Positions 13,675 through 18,581 of a DNA stretch of 18,581 nt are shown in pieces. A program made the position numbers and the translations under genes. The notes under the pieces are model-generated. The model had not been told where the DNA came from and made no database searches. It saw only the letters and a list, made by a program, of their open reading frames with translations. Within the stretch, counting starts at the first letter, position 1. Each line of letters starts with the position of its first letter. Source of the stretch: Amoeboradix gromovi X-113 (lineage: Eukaryota; Fungi; Sanchytriomycota); assembly GCA_018985225.1 (NCBI GenBank), contig JADGIF010000126.1, positions 1 to 18,581 of the forward strand, written 5' to 3'.

Positions 13675-16404
13675 TCATTTATTAATCACTTTCACTGGTT
13701 CAAACACAAAAATGTAGTCATTAGGAGTTAAAATCAAATCCTTATCAGGGTTAGGTATAGTGCAGTAAAACTCTTTGCCTTTAACTTGTACTAGTTTGTA
13801 TATCCCAAATGCAATCTCGTTTCTATCCAAACACTGATTGAACGCGACTTTCCATCTCATGTTGTTCTTTAACTGCACGTGACTGCATTTTGCACTTTTC
13901 ATGTTAATCAGTCCTTTTAACATACTTAGTAGAAAGGGGTTGTAAAAAGACTGGCATAGCTGTACATCAATCATACTTCTGCTAAACGCATTGCCGCTCA
14001 TATAAGAAGAGGAGAACAAATATTCATCCATGTTTTCGTCAATCTCAGGTAACTCAACTTCCACTTCAGTAGTGAATGCACTGTTATTCATATCAAAGAA
14101 GTCTACACAGTACTTGGCAGTATTTTGTTTCATTTGCTGTACATTCAACACTGTAGTTATAGTGGTGGCATCTAAAGTGTAGTCGTTACTACTAACATTA
14201 GCACTAAGAACAATGATGTTAATTGCAGAATGGCAATTTGCCCTGGTTAAATCACGTTGAATCAAAGGCGATCCTTTTATCACGTAAACATCTTTGAATG
14301 CAGCCAGCTGACGATAGATAGAAGGATCACACATAACAGGACACAATATCACTACAGGATTGTTAGAATATGCCCTATATGGTTTTATAAAAATGGCCAA
14401 GCTGCGAGGAAATGAGTGCGAATTGCTACACAACAGAACATGATTAGTGATCGTTGGAGGCAACGCATTTTCTATCATGCTACCAGAGACACCTAGGTTG
14501 TTACAACTAGTATTTGATTGATCTAGAGGCTTAGAATCCGTGCTGTAAACGAAGTTGGATAAAGGAGAAACTGGACTCGGAACGCGACTAGTAGTTGTGC
14601 TGTTGCTTTCAATTTTAGGTATTTTTGATGCAAAGTCGCTACTGCTACTAATAACTATCAGTACATCTCCCTTTGTTAAAACGTAATCAACAGGACAAAT
14701 GAATGTTTGCATTTTGTTATTCTCAATTTTCTTACCAACAGCAAATACAACAGCATGGAACTTGTTGTAAATAACCTTGCAAGCGTCAATGAACAGGGTA
14801 TTCACCAAAAACAATGGGATCGGCACACAGTAAAACTCTTGGCTCAATCCGCGCGCATAGTTGGCAAAAATACGATTAGACTCTGTGTCTTCATCAAATT
14901 CACATTGAACCAGCTGCTGCTCCACCTTGTGGCTAATACTAGATGTTAAAATGTGGATTAGAGTCGTAAATCCAGGTGTTTTACAGTTTTGAGCCAAAAA
15001 TCCCAATTTCATTTCATCAATGCACAATATCTTATTACAAACAACTTCAAAGTGTGGCTTATTCTCTAGTACCAAGCATTGTGTTAGCAACGTACAGTTT
15101 GGGTTGGACTTGCTGATTGCAATGCATCGCATTAATCCCTCTGAATCGATTTCATTTGGACTGAACTGGGGGTTGTTTACTGACAGTATGAAGCAAGCAC
15201 TGGCGTGTTTAATTTTAGCCAGCTTCAAATCTTCAAAGTCAACAGACGATCCTTTGATATAAAACAACTTACTGCTAAACATAGGATCATTTAGCAGAGT
15301 TTTGACATCTTCATCTGGTTCATCAGGATATAAAATTACTGCGTTTGTCTTACTAGTCATGAAGCCATGATCGACGTGATAAAATTCATATAGAAATTCA
15401 ATTAAAGTCGTGCTGTTAAATGTCCCTGTGATAATAACATGCTTAGTATCTGGCTCTATTTGATACGGGAATGAATAACTAGACTTACTTCGTACTATGT
15501 CTATCAAATTGCTGACTTGGGGTGGTAAATAAAATATGCCAAATACTAAGATCGAGACTAATAAAAACTGAATGTACCAGGTGTTAACTTCTATTATGGT
15601 GGTGCTTAGTCCACTTGTACTGGACATTAAAGTGAAAAAGAAGGTTTCCCAAAAGGACTTGTCTTTCTGGACTAAATCATCATTAGCTTCACTTTGATCC
15701 TGTACATCAATAATGTGAAATATGTGAATATAACAACTAACTACCAGCAGCATAAGAGTGATTGTCATAGTTAATTTAATGACCTTGCGTGTAATTAAAG
15801 GAATATCAAATAAAGAGGTAGAAGAAGGAATCAAAAGTATGCTAAGTGACTGTTTTAGTCTAAACCAGCGAATTGGATAGAAAAATGCAATATAACGAGC
15901 ACCCAAATAAGAGAGTGTCCATTCAGGATCATCATGAATACTGCGCTTGATAAAGACACCAATAGGTGGCAAACAAGTTAGGATGGTAATTATACCGGGA
16001 ACAGTGTAAAAATACCTTAGATTCAGGCTGAATACAGCTCTGCTAAAGACAACAACAGCTAGTAGAATGCAAAGACTGGTATCCCATGCTTGCAGCTCAA
16101 ACGGAATGTACTCGCGACAAAATTTGTGATATCGAATCAAACCATTCGGGCACCAGTTGGGATTGTTATCATGCTCCTTGACGTAGATTAGATCTACATG
16201 GCTAACTAGAATAAGGTACATAATGCACAGTGCAGTATTAATCACTGCGTCCAACAAGTCCCAATACCTACCAAGCTTAGTGTTCTCAATAGCAAATGCA
16301 ATCTTAGTCATTTGAGAATGGTATTGGTCAAGTTCATGGTCAAAGCCATCCGGTAGTTCATCAATTCCTTCATTGTTCAATAATGGCACAGATTCGGAAG
16401 TCAT
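13675..16404 (-). CDS. BK/Slo-family (calcium-activated potassium channel-like) ion channel with two RCK domains
   Basis: First ATG at 16404 (MTSESVPLL). TM segments with S4-like YPIRWFRL and a pore helix FWETFFFTLMS. RCK1 motifs HVIITG, FLYEFYHVDH, YIKGS...DLKLA, CIDEMKLGFLAQNCKTPGFTTLIHIL. RCK2 motifs NHVLLC, GSPL...DLTRAN, YMSGNAFSRSMID...SFYNP. Confidence 0.93.
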   Translation of the reverse strand: MTSESVPLLNNEGIDELPDGFDHELDQYHSQMTKIAFAIENTKLGRYWDLLDAVINTALCIMYLILVSHVDLIYVKEHDNNPNWCPNGLIRYHKFCREYIPFELQAWDTSLCILLAVVVFSRAVFSLNLRYFYTVPGIITILTCLPPIGVFIKRSIHDDPEWTLSYLGARYIAFFYPIRWFRLKQSLSILLIPSSTSLFDIPLITRKVIKLTMTITLMLLVVSCYIHIFHIIDVQDQSEANDDLVQKDKSFWETFFFTLMSSTSGLSTTIIEVNTWYIQFLLVSILVFGIFYLPPQVSNLIDIVRSKSSYSFPYQIEPDTKHVIITGTFNSTTLIEFLYEFYHVDHGFMTSKTNAVILYPDEPDEDVKTLLNDPMFSSKLFYIKGSSVDFEDLKLAKIKHASACFILSVNNPQFSPNEIDSEGLMRCIAISKSNPNCTLLTQCLVLENKPHFEVVCNKILCIDEMKLGFLAQNCKTPGFTTLIHILTSSISHKVEQQLVQCEFDEDTESNRIFANYARGLSQEFYCVPIPLFLVNTLFIDACKVIYNKFHAVVFAVGKKIENNKMQTFICPVDYVLTKGDVLIVISSSSDFASKIPKIESNSTTTSRVPSPVSPLSNFVYSTDSKPLDQSNTSCNNLGVSGSMIENALPPTITNHVLLCSNSHSFPRSLAIFIKPYRAYSNNPVVILCPVMCDPSIYRQLAAFKDVYVIKGSPLIQRDLTRANCHSAINIIVLSANVSSNDYTLDATTITTVLNVQQMKQNTAKYCVDFFDMNNSAFTTEVEVELPEIDENMDEYLFSSSYMSGNAFSRSMIDVQLCQSFYNPFLLSMLKGLINMKSAKCSHVQLKNNMRWKVAFNQCLDRNEIAFGIYKLVQVKGKEFYCTIPNPDKDLILTPNDYIFVFEPVKVINK

Positions 16405-17148
16405 AGATGAAATTAATAGGGGTAAATAAATATTATAATCAGTTTTAACGATATTGTCGATTGAGATCAAATCATACGCTAGTTGAAGGCTTGCAAAGTT
16501 GCTCCAATTAATCTAAGTAATAAGAGCTACATGTGAGTTTCACGGTTACATTCCCTAACTAGTCAATATAACTTTATTCGTATTCCCATTATTCTGAAAA
16601 GATTGCTCTATTTCTAAATACGCCAAAGGGTAAAGTACAACTACAGCGAATCAACATGTGTCTTGACGGTTTCGTTGCATATTATGCGACAACAGTTTTC
16701 AAGAGGTTAAGAAAAATAAATTTATCTAAGAGCATCTATAACACAAACAGGAGGCTATTAAATTATGTAATCAGATCAGTCTTGGTGAAGATTATGAAAA
16801 CAATGGCTTCACTTAATTTGTGCAACAGTAGACATCGGTTCTATGACGCTTCGGAAGTGAATGCATCCATAAAATTGAAAAAAGGTTATAAAGACAGATC
16901 TATTGGCGTATATGGTTTAGTGCACTGCCAGGATTGAGTAAAAGTCAAATATCAACCGATTTATGATGAATTTAGCGAGAAATGCGGCTACTGTGTCCTA
17001 TTTTTAATTTAAAAGCGCTTGAGGTGCAAATATAAAGAAATAGTAAAGACTAGTGGAATATAGTTGAGTATTTACTAATCAGGGGTGTACATTGTGTGGA
17101 AGCCTGAGAAACCATTCCAAGGAATCAACTGATATTGCTTTAATCATA

Positions 17149-18364
17149 TGGGACACCAAATATAAAAAGTAGACCAAGTCGTTTTTAAATGAGGTACTCC
17201 ATAAGGAGGAAATACTATTATTAAGAAAAGTCCTTCTTCTTTCATTAATGTTATTCCTCTTTGAAACAAAACAAGATGACCCACTATCTCTTTCAAATAA
17301 GGTCGCCTTAAACACCTGGAAGAACAGCTGGATAGCAGTTCTGTGCCATATATTATTGAAACGCTTCTAAAGTAACATCTCAAAGTTTATCATCTGCAAA
17401 AACTTGTGAAACTTATGACTAGGAATTTGCTAATTGCAATTTCTTATGGATGGTGATACAGCGCTCATTTTGCAATTTAGAGTTTTATAATTATGCTTTT
17501 GACTCTAGTAGTTCAAGAAAAGGTCGCTAACCTGTTGCTCAACAATACCAGCGATATATCGCTAGGAAGGCCATACGAAGGATCTCTAGGTAGATCTAGC
17601 ACGTGGCCTGACTACTTCAAGAGTTTGAAAGAATTTCAATGTTCCAAATCGACTTATTTTGTCTCTACCCTTGACAATCTTTCAGATTTTGTTCATGCAC
17701 TGCAAATGACTGCAGGGATCATACTTGCGGCTCTATAGTGGTAAATGCAGTTCATCCTTTCCACGATAACCTGGAAAATGATATTCCGGTTACAAATACA
17801 GGGCCCAGCACTGGATTGGCAGCAGTGGAAGGACCGAAGTTCTTTGTACATTTAGATAAGGACCTTTATCACCCATTGCATGTTTGTGGAAAAGAAAGGG
17901 GTGGAAATCAAATAAAAGTCAAATTCGGATGTAAAACTTCAAATTTGCATTCTGTATGGGACAGTTTGATTGTCAACAAAAAAATACAAGACGACTTTAA
18001 CTACAAAAGACAAGATTGGATTGATGTTTTAGAAAAGATTCAAGTTGAAAACCATAAAGTGGCAGCTGATGCTGCTGGAATTGTTTCTGGGGAGGCAATA
18101 CTTGCAGTTTCCTGTTTTGTGGTGGTGCATATGTATTTAGTGTATTATAAGCTTGTTACCCAAGCTTTTACAAAGGAGTTGCATATCAAGCTATTTAAAT
18201 ATAAATAACTTGCGATTGATTGCTTAATCTAGTTTTTACATTCGAATCGAAATTACCTTATTGACTGCTTGAACTATTTGGTCTAGTTTTTACATATGAA
18301 TAAACAACTTACTTAATTTAATTAGCTAGGTATAATTGGTCTAGTTTTTGCGTTGGATGTCCCA
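17149..18364. mobile_element. Inverted-repeat-bounded element of the same family as 10112-10608, enclosing an S1/P1 nuclease pseudogene
   Basis: 17149-17177 tgggacaccaaatataaaaagtagaccaa matches the reverse complement of 18336-18364 (tgggacatccaacgcaaaaactagaccaa) at 23/29. The first 155 bp or so align with 10112-10276. Confidence 0.5.
17415..18208 (+). pseudogene. S1/P1 nuclease pseudogene
   Basis: ATG at 17415 gives MTRNLLIAISYGW*YSAHFAI*, a degraded W-G-x-x-G-H N-terminus with stops at 17454 and 17478. Then STWPDYFK (WAD motif), a frameshift near 17690, and KFFVHLDKDLYHPLHV...RGGNQIKVKF...SNLHSVWDS, the S1/P1 zinc-binding core with substitutions in GDxHQPLH. Confidence 0.88.
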
Positions 18365-18440
18365 TTTGTTTTAAAAAGTTTGTCTTGCATTTGTTGAATG
18401 TGCCAAACAATTGGGACATGCTCTACAAAAACTAGACAAA
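18228..18440. repeat. Cluster of tctagttttt subterminal repeats plus a 36-bp inverted repeat
   Basis: tctagttttt occurs at 18228, 18282 and 18340 (spacing 54 and 58). 18336-18371 and 18405-18440 are inverted repeats, 29/36 identical, with a 33-bp spacer. Confidence 0.85.
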
Positions 18441-18581
18441 ACAATTTGTATCGAAATTTCAAAAATAAACAGTCTGTATAGCTATTCTTTTGCGCTTTCA
18501 TCCAGTCTTTATTTTAGATTTCTAGAAAGACTATTGACTTATGATTTCAAATAAAATTCAATCAGAGTTGAAAGTAGAGGA
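18412..18581 (-). mobile_element. Third copy of the inverted-repeat family, right end, inverted relative to 10112-10608; may run off the window
   Basis: Terminal motif tgggacatgctctacaaaaactagacaaa at 18412-18440. 18473-18514 is 36/42 identical to the reverse complement of 10426-10467. Confidence 0.55.

Noticed and set aside
16656-16937. 93-aa ORF (also 9076-9276, 17079-17315, 17144-17383)
   Set aside because: No recognisable motifs. They lie in degenerate intergenic or repeat sequence and cannot be supported as genes.
18228-18350. CRISPR-like periodic repeats
   Set aside because: Only a 10-14 bp core repeated three times, degenerate, part of the TIR motif family, in a eukaryotic context with no cas genes.

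Overview
AT-rich, compact, apparently intronless eukaryotic DNA using the standard code. A divergent IFT140 and a BK/Slo-type channel point to a flagellum-bearing, fast-evolving early-diverging fungus or relative; a sanchytrid-like reduced lineage is plausible but is only an inference. Conserved genes are a TM + RING-H2 E3 ligase (5'-partial), a shortened IFT140 and a BK/Slo-like channel with a non-canonical selectivity filter. They alternate with accessory stretches of orphan secreted proteins and transposon relics. The main hidden signal, absent from the ORF track, is a pair of internally deleted IS607/TnpB (Fanzor2-type) elements at about 1372-1736 and 2791-3188. They share a 36-bp left end, retain the RuvC-III 'DxDxxAAxxI' tail and have structured omegaRNA-like right ends. 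They lie in the same orientation around a secreted-protein gene, like a composite transposon. A second, unrelated family with about 30-bp inverted-repeat ends occurs at 10112-10608, at 17149-18364 (enclosing an S1/P1 nuclease pseudogene) and from 18412 to the window end. Family assignments come from motif recognition by eye and need confirmation by HMM or structure search.
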